DNA of 64,000 nt from the human T2T-CHM13v2.0 reference genome, Homo sapiens. The notes under the pieces were generated by a model that searched no databases, was not told where the DNA came from, and saw nothing but the letters and a program-made list of their open reading frames with translations. Shown here one piece after another: positions 1 through 12,600 of the stretch. The stretch lies in NCBI RefSeq assembly GCF_009914755.1, contig NC_060934.1. One strand, written 5' to 3'. The first letter of the stretch is position 1. The number at the start of each line of letters is the position of its first letter. Position numbers and translations under genes: made by a program.

Positions 1-2257
1 TCTTGAGGACAAGAACCACATCTTCTTCTTATCATATATACCCTCCAAGCTGCTAGCAGAATGGAAAGCTGCAAAGCTATTCGGAAGATCAGGTCTCTTC
101 ACAAAAGCATGTTGCCCTGGTTACTCAGTGTGTGCCAGGGTTCTGCTGGCTGCACCCCTCCTGCGTGATGTGATTTGTGAGAGGTAGCTTGGAAAGAGAA
201 ATTCTGTCACAGTAGAGTACGTAAAATTCTCAAACGGACATAAGTCTACATATAATTCCACATATTTTGAAGAATCCCAAAGGTTTAAGCATTTAAAATT
301 GAACATGTTCATGTACAGGATCATCATGTTAACATCTTCTAAAAATATGGAATAGTCTTTCATCATTTAACATATTGGGAGGGGCCCCTGTACCTTCATG
401 TATCAATTTCACTAGAGCTTCTAGAATATACTGTCAATACATTCAATTTGATTATTTTCTCAGTCAATAAAAGCTTGTCTTTCTTTGCTTTTCTTCTGAC
501 AAATCTGAACTGATTGGCCTGGAACATTAAAGGTGAACAGGTCTGTAAATTGGGCTGCTTGACGACACAAGGCTTCAGTCCACGTCACTTCAAAATGTCC
601 CTCCACACTTTTGAGACAGGCAGGTTGTTATTCCTACTGGCTTTAAAAATATATAGTGTCCTATATTGTTGCACTGTCCAATCTAAAAAGCACTCTGTTC
701 TTTATGTGAAACCGTAATGGTGTAGGCATGAGTGAGGATGGTTACCTTCATAAGACAAAAGAGACAGGAAAGTGGGCATTCCCGAATCTCACTGTCATTT
801 TTCCACCTGTGCTTTTTTGTTCCTGGCATACTTTATAGCTTTTATGGGAGGCTTATAGGAGGTTTGACTGACAAAGTATTTTACAAATCTAACCAGAAGT
901 ATTCTTCTGTTATTTTCATGCAGCACAGAGAGTTTTAAGCCCATAATTATTAGGATCATGAAGTTGAAACCATTGATAAAAACTGACCTCCTACTATTTG
1001 CAATTCACTGAAAGTCTGTTTTCCCGACAAAGGGAGTTGACCGAGTATCCTCAATGTTAAATTCTGGTGACACTGGTGTTTTTCACAGCAAAAGATAAGT
1101 TCTGGAAGTCACTCCTGCCCTTGTTTCCAAATCTGGGGAGCTAGGCAGACCTTTGGTTTCACCCCCTTTTCCTCTGCTCTTTCTCTCCCAATACTCTAGA
1201 GAAAGCTGGCTGACTTGTCTAAGACTGGCAAAACCACTTAATGGCTGAAGTTGGAAAACAGGCTGCAATGGTTTTCATGATGGATGATGATTTCCAAAGA
1301 CTGGAAGACCGTCAAGCCCCCTTGGGGAACAACAATTGGCAGTCTGAAGGTGAAATTCTGGCTTTGAGAGATGAAACCATTACAATTGCTCAGTTCTGTC
1401 TCTCTGGCCAGTCTATAATGAGCCAATAATTCAAATTTGGACTTTTAAAGTTCTTGGTGAGCTCTTCTGCCAAGAAAGCTAAAGGAAATTTTAAATATTC
1501 ATTAGCAATAGTGACTCATCCCTACACATCCTAATCAACTTATATTTAGGTTCACTGCCAACTTAAAGTTGGTCATGATTTTTTTGTGTGAGAAATATAA
1601 TAAAAATACCATCCAAGTTGATCAGATGGGTGAGACAATAAAACCCTTAATGAAGAGTCAGAAATCCTAATTTACAGATAGTCCACATGAGTGGGATCTA
1701 CACAGGGATGCTGAGAGGAACAGAGAGATACTTTCTGTATAAAACATCCACACAGACAGCTATAAGACAGTTTTAGTCCAATACCAACACTCAGCCTCCG
1801 CCAACACATTGGCTTTGTACCCAACTGGAACTTAATTTCACGTTCTAACTAAATGAAGAGGGTTTGCTTTTGGTTCAGTAATGATCTGGGTTTTGGTTTT
1901 TGTTGTTTTTTCCTGACAGGTTTAAGGAAGGGTACCTAGGATCACACACTACAGAGATTCCTAGCCCAGCGTGCACAGAACTATGTGACCCTGAATTATA
2001 TGGAACGTCCATAATTACTACGGGGATTGCAGTCTTTGATGTCAGAGGCAGACCATGCGGTGTACAAGGCTTCTACATCTTCAAATTGGATACTACTATG
2101 TGCTTCCTGAATGTGGCTAAGGATACCCATTCAGGCTAAAAGGAGCAATGAGCCTATCTGCAGGGAATCACTGAAGCCTGCCCCGCACCTGTGCCCCACA
2201 GGCAAGCCAACTCAACCACTTCCTTAGGTACGATGAGAGGGAACAGAAACCTTACAA

Positions 2258-2443
2258 CAGCGGTTCTCATCTATATGCACTGTGTATATGAGAACCATTC
2301 AGAGAGCTTGTTAAAAAAATACTGATTGCCAAGGCTTGCCTTGAGAAATTCTGAGTCAGTCTAGTGCAGGGCCCAAGAACTTACACGTATACGAATTCAG
2401 AACATACTGCAGGTATATGGACAACACTCTGAAGATAATGCCT
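2258..2443. mobile_element. MER5-family hAT-Charlie MITE, diverged
   Basis: Begins CAGCGGTTCTCA (MER5 terminus CAGTGGTTCTCA); internal GAGCTTGTTAAAA...TTCTGAGTCAGT...GGGCCCAAGAA blocks. End approximate. Confidence 0.7.
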
Positions 2444-3521
2444 GCAGTTAGTAGACTACTGCCATGAAGGGATGCTGGCCTGGTGTTGCTTCTTATTTAA
2501 GAGAAGCTAGAAAGACAGCTTTCTCTCCCAAATTTAAAATGTTCACTTACTTTACTTTTGAAATTCTAGGTAAGCCAAATAACAATTTTGTCCATTGTTG
2601 GCTAGCCTGTAACCACTGGTTCACATTCTGCAGACACTGCCTATTTTATCTGTCGCTTCTCCAGGCTATTTACTTTCATTGCACCAAAATAATAAGGCTG
2701 GTGGTGCTCTAGTAACAGTCCCCCAAAATATGTTAAAACTGATAACCAGGCACTGTCCAGATAGTCTTGTTTCTCCTAAACTGTCCCCTCCTTCCCAGCT
2801 GCCTAAGCCTGAACCTGGGTATCCTTCCTTGCAGGCTTGAAGTCTCACCTATCTATTCAGAGGAGTATATGCTGAAAGAGAGGAGTTTGTGATGTGACTG
2901 ATTAATTCTTCATGGATTAAAAATGCTTTAACATTTGCATTTTTAATTATGCAAAAGGAATCTGGAAACCTGGAAGAGAGTAGTTTTAAGATCCAGAATT
3001 CAATGGAAAGGAGAAGTAACCACTCTTTTTTTAAAGTAAGGTGGTCTCGGTATACACTATGCTTCCCATAGCAGGGGGGAGAAAAGGAAGAGAGAAGGTA
3101 GACAGGAGGAGGAAATGAATTGTGGCAGGCTCTCCACATTGTTCAGAAGGCAGAGATGATTATAAACTCTGGTACAGGAGAAGAAAAGCTGCCAAAGAAG
3201 AGAGGAAAATACAGTCGCTCAGGTTTTTCTTTCTTTAATACCCTCTTCTTTCCCTTCCATCTTTCCAAATTCTACCAGTAAGTCTAAGACATCAATCCAC
3301 TTCCTTGCAGCCTTTCCTCACTACTCCAGCCCATGTTCATCTCTTCCTTTCAGTTCACCTGTAATTGTCCCCTGACCCAAATACTGACTTACAGAGTTTA
3401 CCAGAATCGGCATGTGTATGGGCTTTTCTCTCTTAGGTTTGTGCCTTCATCATAGCCATTCACCATGTACATATCTTGTATGTCACTTCCCTGTGGCAGA
3501 ACAAATTGATCAGCAAATATT

Positions 3522-4100
3522 TGTGATGGATGGATTTAAGGTGGCCCTAATGTCCACACCTTCTGGGGTTCACACCTTTATGCACTCCTCTACCCTTGAA
3601 TGTGGACAGAACCCACACTTGCTTTTTTTAAGATTTAATTTGATTTTAAGTGCCAGGATACATGTGCAGGATGTGCAGGTTTGTTACCTAGCTAAACGTG
3701 TGTCATGGTGGTTTGCTGTGCACTTGCTTCTAACCAATGAGAAATGCAGCAGGGATCACGCAGTGTTTGTGGTTACAATCGTGGTGTCCCTCTTTATGCC
3801 TCTGTCTCTCTCCTTGCTGGTACTGAAGTCGCAAGGAGCCAAGAATCCCACAGCTGCATGGAACACAATGCTGTCAACGATGACGGAAGCAGGGAAGCTG
3901 ATATTTCCCTAGTAGAAGCCTCTGTGTGAGAACCCAGTCTGGCTGACTCCTTGATTGCACCCCGAGGGAGACCCTGAGCAGAGGATCCAGCTCAGTCATG
4001 CTGGAACTTCAGGCCCACAGACACGGTGATATAATCAATATGTGTTGTTTTAAGCTGCAAAGTTTGTGTTACTTTGTTTTGTAGCAAAAGAAAACGAACA
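3522..4100 (+). mobile_element. MLT1 (MaLR) solo LTR, MLT1E/F-like
   Basis: TG start; CTGAGCAGAGGATCCAGCT and GTTGTTTTAAGCTGCAAAGTTTGTG...GCAAAAGAAAACGAACA resemble the MLT1 3' end. Confidence 0.75.
3625..3720 (-). mobile_element. 5'-truncated L1P 3' end (about 96 bp) inserted in the MLT1 LTR
   Basis: T-rich tail then TACATGTGCAGGATGTGCAGGTTTGTTAC...CATGGTGGTTTGCTG (antisense L1P 3' UTR); TSD CACTTGCTT at 3616-3624 and 3721-3729. Confidence 0.9.
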
Positions 4101-7100
4101 CTCCATTGTTGTTGGCCTTGGCCATGTGACTTGTTTTGGCCAACAGGATGTTTGTGGATGTGACACAAAAGGAGTTTGAAACTGATTGTATGCTGGGTGT
4201 ATTCTTTGTGCTCCTGACTTCTACCATAACAAGAACACGCCCACAGTCTAAGAGACACATGGAGTGAATATGAATCCAACCTGTAGCTTATAAGTCAAGC
4301 CCAGTGGAGCCTGGCCTAGATCAGCCAACCCCTAGCCTCTCTGTAGATGTCTGAGCAAAAAATCAATGCTTGTTATTAGAGGCCACTAGGTTAGGCAATT
4401 TGCTATGTGACAGCACTGCAGCAATAAACGTTCTAGACCTCCCTCCTCAGACCGCCCCCACACCAATACTACCACCCCATCACTTTAAACAGCATTATGG
4501 GGGCTGTACACTCTTGTTAAATTCAAGGAAATAAAGTATGGATGGATTTAAGGTGGCCCTAATGTCCTAGAAACACATAGGCCCTGCCCACAAGTGGAAC
4601 CAAACAAATGGTGCTTGTTGCAAAAGCATGTTGTTAGAAGAGTGGAATCAAAGACAGGCATCACATTTTACGAGCGAGTTTTACCATGATCATTCATAGA
4701 ATTAGTCACTGCAAAGTTCTGGTCTCTGGGAAAAATTGCACAAAGTAAATACTATTGCAGAAGATGTAACTGAAAAATGCTCACTGCCAGATCTTAATAC
4801 ATGAAACCAATCAAATGTGCTTTCCAGTGAATACCAGTCTATAGTCAAGAATGTCCCATGGAAATCTATTCAATTGCTTAGGGTGATACCTTTTGTCGAC
4901 CTCCCCGCTACTGCACCCAAAACACCTCACTAGGGCTCTGTGATCTCTGAAAGTCAGCCTCCTGAGAGACCAAGGCAAGAATGTGAGTGCTTTCCTGGAG
5001 CCTGGTGAAAATATACCTGCCAACCAGGTGATTCGGTAAAACTGAACTCAAGGGCTCATTACTGGTTTCTCTTTCTGGCAGAGATTGATGACCTGCTGGG
5101 ATCTGGGTCAAACACACAACTCACAAAAAGGTAATCCCCGTTAACATTTGATTTACTTAGTTTGCCAAGAGCTCAGGACTTAAAAGATGCCCCTTCAAAT
5201 CCACTACTTACAAAAGCACAGGTACATGGTAAAGATTTTTTGTTAACCATATCAGCTTATATCATTTGGCCATTTTCTTTTTGCTATCTACTTCTCAGCC
5301 CTAGCAATTTACTTTTTGGCCTATGTACAAAATTCTATTCCAAATGCTAGTGAATTTCACACCTGCATTTGGCATCCAATTACTGCAGATGAAAAAGGGA
5401 CATTATTCTTTTCCCAATTAAAAAAAAATTCAAAAAGTTAATTTCCAAATTGTATCAACAATCCTGGAAATAATGCAATACCACACTCCAAAAAAAAAAA
5501 AAAGAAAAAAGCTTTTTCCTATTGATACATTTCTATCACTCAGACAGTTTTCCCATGTACACATCACAGGGCAGAAAAAAATTCTATAGTTCTGCTAGCT
5601 GCCAAGCTCTCTGCTTAAGAAAATCTTTTCTCTTTCACCAGCCAGCATTCAAAGTCCTACAACTTAAGAAACATCATCATGGTCTGCATCTCAGCACACA
5701 TAGAAAGGAGAAGATAGTAGGTTAAAGCCTCTAAGACTCAATTCACTTATACTCAAAGATCCTATTTTCTTCAACCCTGACTTTTCCAAGCCTTGATGAT
5801 GTCCTTGGGTAACAACTCAATCTTCACAGGAGGTTCTTGCACTTCAGTCCCCTCATTTAAGAAAAATTTATCTCTTTACTAACTTCCTTCATAGTTCCAC
5901 AAATGGAAGAACTCAAGATCCAGCCCATTAGTAAAAAACCCACTTTCCAAGAACATTGTTTCATCTTCACTGGAGAAAAATGAGAGCACTTTTTCCTTCC
6001 TTGCCCAATTACTAATTCTTCTTGTATCCTGGGAAAAAAATAATCTGGGTTATTTTACTTGTACCAATGGTTAAGTCCAAACTTCAGCTATTTCATGGAT
6101 GTCATTTAAAGCAGACACCAGGACTGGAGTAGGCAAAAAGTGACTCCGGGAGAAACAGATGTAGGGCAGACCTGTCATGAAGCCGTAGTAACAGGCAGCC
6201 AGCAGTGACCACCAGCGTCTCAGATCATTAAGCAATGTCTTACTGTGATGTCATCCATGGATGTACAGAGTTGTAATCCTTTCAAAACAGACAGACTGTC
6301 AGCATGACAAAGTGGATACAAACAAGTTCTTGAACTGGGATGACTAAAGCATTGGGGGGATAAATGTCACTGAACTAAAAAGGGATCCTATGATACAGAA
6401 CTACCAGATATTGACACCATTCAGAGAGGCAGATAAACAACCTGCTTCCCACTTAGATATTTTTCTATACTGATTAGCAATTCCATAAAATATGCCTGAT
6501 CTCTAGATAAATAGTTCTAATCTACAGATGTCAGAACTGAGTTCTTAATTGCTGTAAATTAGTGAGCAAACACAGGTTTCTCATTAAACCCATTACACCC
6601 CGTGTGTTAAAATGGAACACTTGTCATTTGCTTTTGTTTTTCGTTGTTTTTTTTTTAGAATATTTTTCTCCTGGCTCTCAAATCAGGAGCATTCTTGGTA
6701 AAATCCTAGATAAAAACATTGAAGCAGAGAGACATGGTCAGGATATGTGTGGCAGGTTCCTGCCCCTTGAAGTGTTTCTTCTTGGAGAAAAAACCTTTAA
6801 ATGGCAATGGATTTGTCTAAATTTTAATGATGAGCAGTATTATGCCTTTATCTTTGCTTTCTTAAGAAATAGTAAATTGATGTCACCCCCTGTGAAAGCG
6901 TTTGCACGTTCTCCCACGGTACCTGTTCAAAGCACACGGTGTGCCTCCTGTCACCTGTATCACCTGTACAGTTTGTGAAAAAGTATTAATCGCTAAATTA
7001 AGAGAGAAGGGAAAGAACAGACTAAAATGTCACAGAAAAGCAAACTGTGAACTTTCAAATTAGTTAAGCATGAGGCCAAGCTGGCTAAAAAGACTGTGGC

Positions 7101-8789
7101 TATTCACTATGGCTCTATCTCTCAGGCTGGAAGACTTATGAGGAATGGAGGAAGGGTGGGAGGGTTAAACCAAGAAATGTATCAATTATCAAACTACAAA
7201 TAAAAATAGCTCCTCTGCGCAAGCTTCATTAAGTTTTATCAGCAAGTATCTTGGGGTTTTACACTCAAATCACAGGTCATAAATTCACAGTAAATCCCCC
7301 ATATGTTCACCAAACACCTGAATTCAATTTCTCTTCTGGTTGTGAAGTAGGAATGTGGTGCCCACATTAATTATGCATGCAAAGTTAGTTTCTAACAAGG
7401 GCCGCTTTTTTTGTGATGCTTCAGGGTATTTATAACATCTGAAATTTTGGGATGGATCCTTCTTTAATCTTACCACTTGTATACTGGTATGTAAGTCTAA
7501 ACTCTCTTTTCCAAATTTGAACATTGAAAAAAATTATAGTTGGTAAATATCTTGTTATGGTCTTTGCATTTTTCTATGATAATCCCAGACATTTATGATA
7601 TTGCACAAATGGTCTTGATACTGACTTTGAGGTTTTTAGACAAATATTTCTGTGGTTATGTACAAATCACCCTGAATTATAGAGAAAGTCTAAACTGAGG
7701 CTAAGTGGCTATATTTATATGTGTCTATGTATACATGTGAAATTAACTACTTAGGAAATATCATGTCATTTTCAGTTTATTTTCACAGTTTTACTCATCA
7801 TCTGTAATATAAAAAGAATTATGAGAAACTCATGCAAATCCCAAAGGTACTCACTTTGCTCAGCTGATAAAATTCATTTCCAGATTCTGACACCCATGAT
7901 TTGTTGTCCATTTCACACCAATTTCAGTGTAATAAATCATAACAAATTAAAAACATACAGCTATGCTCTCTGGGTTAAAAAGGTGGTCTCCAAAGCTGTT
8001 AATCCTGCATTTGCTTCTGATGTGATAGCTCCAGTTCTCCAGATGCTTTATGGATCACAGGGAGGTCATCTCTCCATCGGAAAGCCTCAGGACTAGATCT
8101 TACTCCAAGTCCCTCTGTGGTCTCTGGGTAACAGGACTATCATTTTATAAGCAACAAAACCTCAGGAATGTACCCCTCGCCCTATTTTATTACTTTCATC
8201 ACTCTTCCTTATTAGCTTGTCATTGGTCTCAGGCAGGAGTAAGAAAAATTTAGTTTTACTTTTTGAGGGCAAGTCCTCCAGCAACAGAGAACATGCAAGC
8301 GCAAAGACATACATAATTTCAGGACCCAGCAATAAATACACACAAGAAAGCCCTAGGTAGCTGATCTTACCTAGTGTCACAAAAATGATCCAAGCTGGTC
8401 TCTACTCAAAAGGACAGCTGAATCTATCACAGCCATACCTCCAATGGGGCATCTACTGAAAACTCAGCACTAAAGTAACACTGCTTAGCAAGTTTTTAAA
8501 AATTATCATTGTCAAACTAATTATCAAGGTTTTGGTTTAAGAAACCATATTCGAATAAGAGTGACTATTGTGAGAATGTGTGTTAAGAGCTTTAAACCTC
8601 AAAGATGGTGGACTTCCTCAAGACCCTGTGAGGTACGTGGACAAAGGGCAGGGGCTGAGGTCTGGGCCTCCCAAGTCTCTTGACTCCCTAGCAGGCAATC
8701 TTAACATAGATTTAAGCAAGTAAAAGATGAGAGAAAATGTTTTCGGGGTATACCTATGAATTTAAATGCACTTTAGAAAATAAAATGTT

Positions 8790-9279
<490 letters not shown>

Positions 9280-9568
9280 TCATAGTGTGATTTTCTTGAA
9301 TTCTCTAACAAATGGCAAGGACGTGTAAGGGATTCTAATAGGTTAGAGAACTGAAGAAAGTTTGTGGATTATATTATTCATTCAATAAAACCACTGGGGA
9401 TACAAAGTTCAGCCAGTTGTGACCCACAGTTGAAGTCTGTGCCTCAAACTAAAATATACATTTAGGTGTCTGATTAAAGAGCAAATGAAATTCAATGTTA
9501 CAGGTGAAAAATCTTGACAAACTAAAAAGAGTGAAAAACAGGAATACATTATAAAAATTTGAAATAAA

Positions 9569-9949
<381 letters not shown>

Positions 9950-10627
9950 TTAGAAAGGTTTTATCATTCAGGCATAGAAACTAATTATAGAACCATTATT
10001 TTAATTCTTTAATCATGAAATGATTACAAAGAATTCAAGGCGAACATTTTCTTTGTTTTTGCTTTCTGTTTTTAATGACAGCATAATTGCAAAACACTAT
10101 ACGAAACTAAGCTATGTTTTTTTAAAAGAAAAAATTCCAGTGCAATGCAGTACTTAATTCCAAATCATGTCATAATTCTAAATCATGGCTAAATTCTACA
10201 GACTTTCTTGAAATGACTCAGAATATTAAATAATGTAACAAGAGATATATCACCTGTAAGTTTCATAAGAGGCTAACTCTGAAACTTCTTTGAGAATTAG
10301 AATAAAAGTAGTGAAACATACATCTAATAACCAGTTTTCTAAAAAGAAACCATTAATAAAGAGTTTGTATTACTGTTTTTAAAACATTTTAAAGATCATT
10401 AAAATATTCTTCCTGATTGATTTTTTTACTTCTATTTATGCTCTTGATGAACTTCATAATTATTCATTAATAATTTTCTGAGCTTTTTTTTCTATTTACA
10501 ACTTGGCCATTATTTATCTGGAGAGAGGGAATAAATGACATAGAAATGTTAATTAATTTAACTTCTCATTTCAGATTTAGTTAAATTATTATATTAGGAA
10601 AACAAAAACAGTGTGACCATATTGGTT

Positions 10628-10692
10628 TGGAGTTATTGATAGATTTTGAAAACTGGAGTTATTGACAGATTTTGGAGTTACTGATAGATTGT
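10628..10692. repeat. Short tandem triplication of a ~20 bp unit
   Basis: TGGAGTTATTGATAGATTTT / TGGAGTTATTGACAGATTT / TGGAGTTACTGATAGATTGT. Confidence 0.85.
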
Positions 10693-10724
10693 GAAAGGGC
10701 TTGCAACATTCTTTTGTCAATTAC

Positions 10725-11702
10725 ATTTTTTTTTCAAAGTAATACTACATGTGCATAGTTTATATTTTAAAATGCTAAAAGCCTTAAAAGAATCATTAAA
10801 AGAAACTTCTTAAATGAAACTTCTGCTTCATCACATCTTGTCTCTCTGACCACCCAACCCCAAGACTTTTAAAGCTTTCAGTCGTTTTCTATGACATTTC
10901 TTTTTAACTCAACCTGAGATACTCAGAATGAATCCATTGTAATTCCTGGTTTGTGATACACTCTTGCTAGTGATGGTTTCATTGCTTACTTTCATTTAGT
11001 TATGATGAAAGTGCCATGCTCAATATTATTAAATGTAAGTTGCCAGTATGAATCTATTACACAAAGCAAAAGCTAGGAATTTAATAATAAGCCATGTCTA
11101 ACCAAATTCCTCTGGTATTTAGACATTTCTGGGTAATATATTTATATCACTATCTCCTGATTTATTACTGTTAAACACACCTGTTGACTTCCTACAAAGG
11201 TAGATGAAGCATTAGCTCTCTTACACTCAAATCCAAATTCTGACTCCAAATTCCCATCTTCCACATCTTCCCAATATAATTATAGCAAAATTTATATGAA
11301 AATGATTTTACAATCTGATTTTTCAGATTTCCAGGAGAACAAGTCTATCATGGCTTATTAAGCCCAATTTTTTTCCTGGAGCCCTCTAACCTCAAAAGCT
11401 CCCACCACATACGCCAATCTAGGCTGCCTGCTTCCTGGTTTTCTGCACAGCAGAAGTCCTGGGACTTGTTAAAGCACACATTCGGTGGCTGCCTAAAAGG
11501 GTATTAGAACTAAAATATTTTGCGTTTGCATGCTTTAAATGTATGTATTCTATCATTACCACTCACTGACAGTTTGGCTAGGTATGGAATTTCAGGTAAC
11601 AAAACATTACCCTTCAATATTTGAATGTGTTGCTCTATTATCTTCTAGCTTACAAGACTGATGTGAAGAAATCTGATTATATTCTGATTCTCAACTCTTC
11701 AT

Positions 11703-11766
<64 letters not shown>

Positions 11767-12600
11767 TTTTTTTACAGGATCTTCTCTTTCTGGTATTCCA
11801 AAACTTCACTATGCTGTCCTTTTTGAAAAATTGATTTTGCTCAGCACTAGGTGATTCTTTAATCTGGAATCTTAAGTTCTCCAGTTCTGGAAAAGATTCT
11901 TGTGTTATTTCTCTAATAATCTATCCTTTATTATCTCTGTTCTCTCTTTCTAGAAATTGTTTTCTTTAAATATTGGACCTCCCAGAATGAACTTTTCACT
12001 TCCTTTCTTTCTCACTATACTGCTCTTTGTCCTATAGCTCATGTTTTCCTTTATGGGAAACTTCTCAACCTCATCTATCAAGCCTTCTATTGTGTTTCTT
12101 AATACTGATATTGTATTTATTATTTTCTAAGAGTTCTTTCCCATTTACTCAATAATCCTTTCAATAGCCTCCTGTTCATCTTTGATGGTTTTAACATCAT
12201 TTCTATTTCACAGAATTACTGTTTATAATTCCTTAATATTTTTCTCTTCTCTTAATTTTATGTTTCCTCCAAGTTCTTAAAGAAAACAAACAAACGTTGT
12301 TTGTTTTGGACTCTGTCTTCCACAATTATGGCTTTTCTGAAATGTTTCACATGTTTTTCTGCCCTTTTATATTTAAGAGTGAAGCACTAAAAAGCAGATT
12401 AGTCACTGTGTGCTTCAGGGGGGTTTATGAAATGGTGGACAGGAAGGCTGGGCAGAGTGTCACTTTTTTGGTTGGGAATTCTCATGACAGTGTATGTGGA
12501 CTCCTTTTCCAGGGCAATTCCATGTCTTCCGAAGAGAATCTAGCAATCTTTGGTGCGGGGTGCATAAGCTTGATTCTTGACATTCCAGTGTGATTCTGTC
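10725..12600 (-). mobile_element. Old L1M/HAL1-type LINE fragments
   Basis: Long T-rich stretch with antisense L1-like blocks (CAGTTTGGCTAGGTATGGAATT, GAAGAAATCTGAT, GAGTGAAGCACTAAAAAGC). Boundaries approximate. Confidence 0.55.
11703..11773. repeat. Compound microsatellite (TG)n(TA)n(T)n
   Basis: Directly visible. Confidence 0.98.

Larger units (their letters stand above)
3492..4430 (+). mobile_element. Old MaLR LTR (MLT1H/I/J-like), split by a younger MLT1 LTR
   Basis: TGTGGCAGA start at 3492; resumes at about 4101 with GGCCATGTGACTTGTTTTGGCCAA and CCTAGATCAGCCAACCCC, ending in an MLT1-type 3' block. Confidence 0.6.

Noticed and set aside
1281-1348. ATGATGA ... CTGA resembling a C/D box snoRNA
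   Set aside because: No terminal stem and no recognisable rRNA guide; these short motifs are common by chance.
3412-3912. Longest ORF (166 aa)
   Set aside because: Runs through MLT1 LTR and antisense L1 sequence; no recognisable domain.
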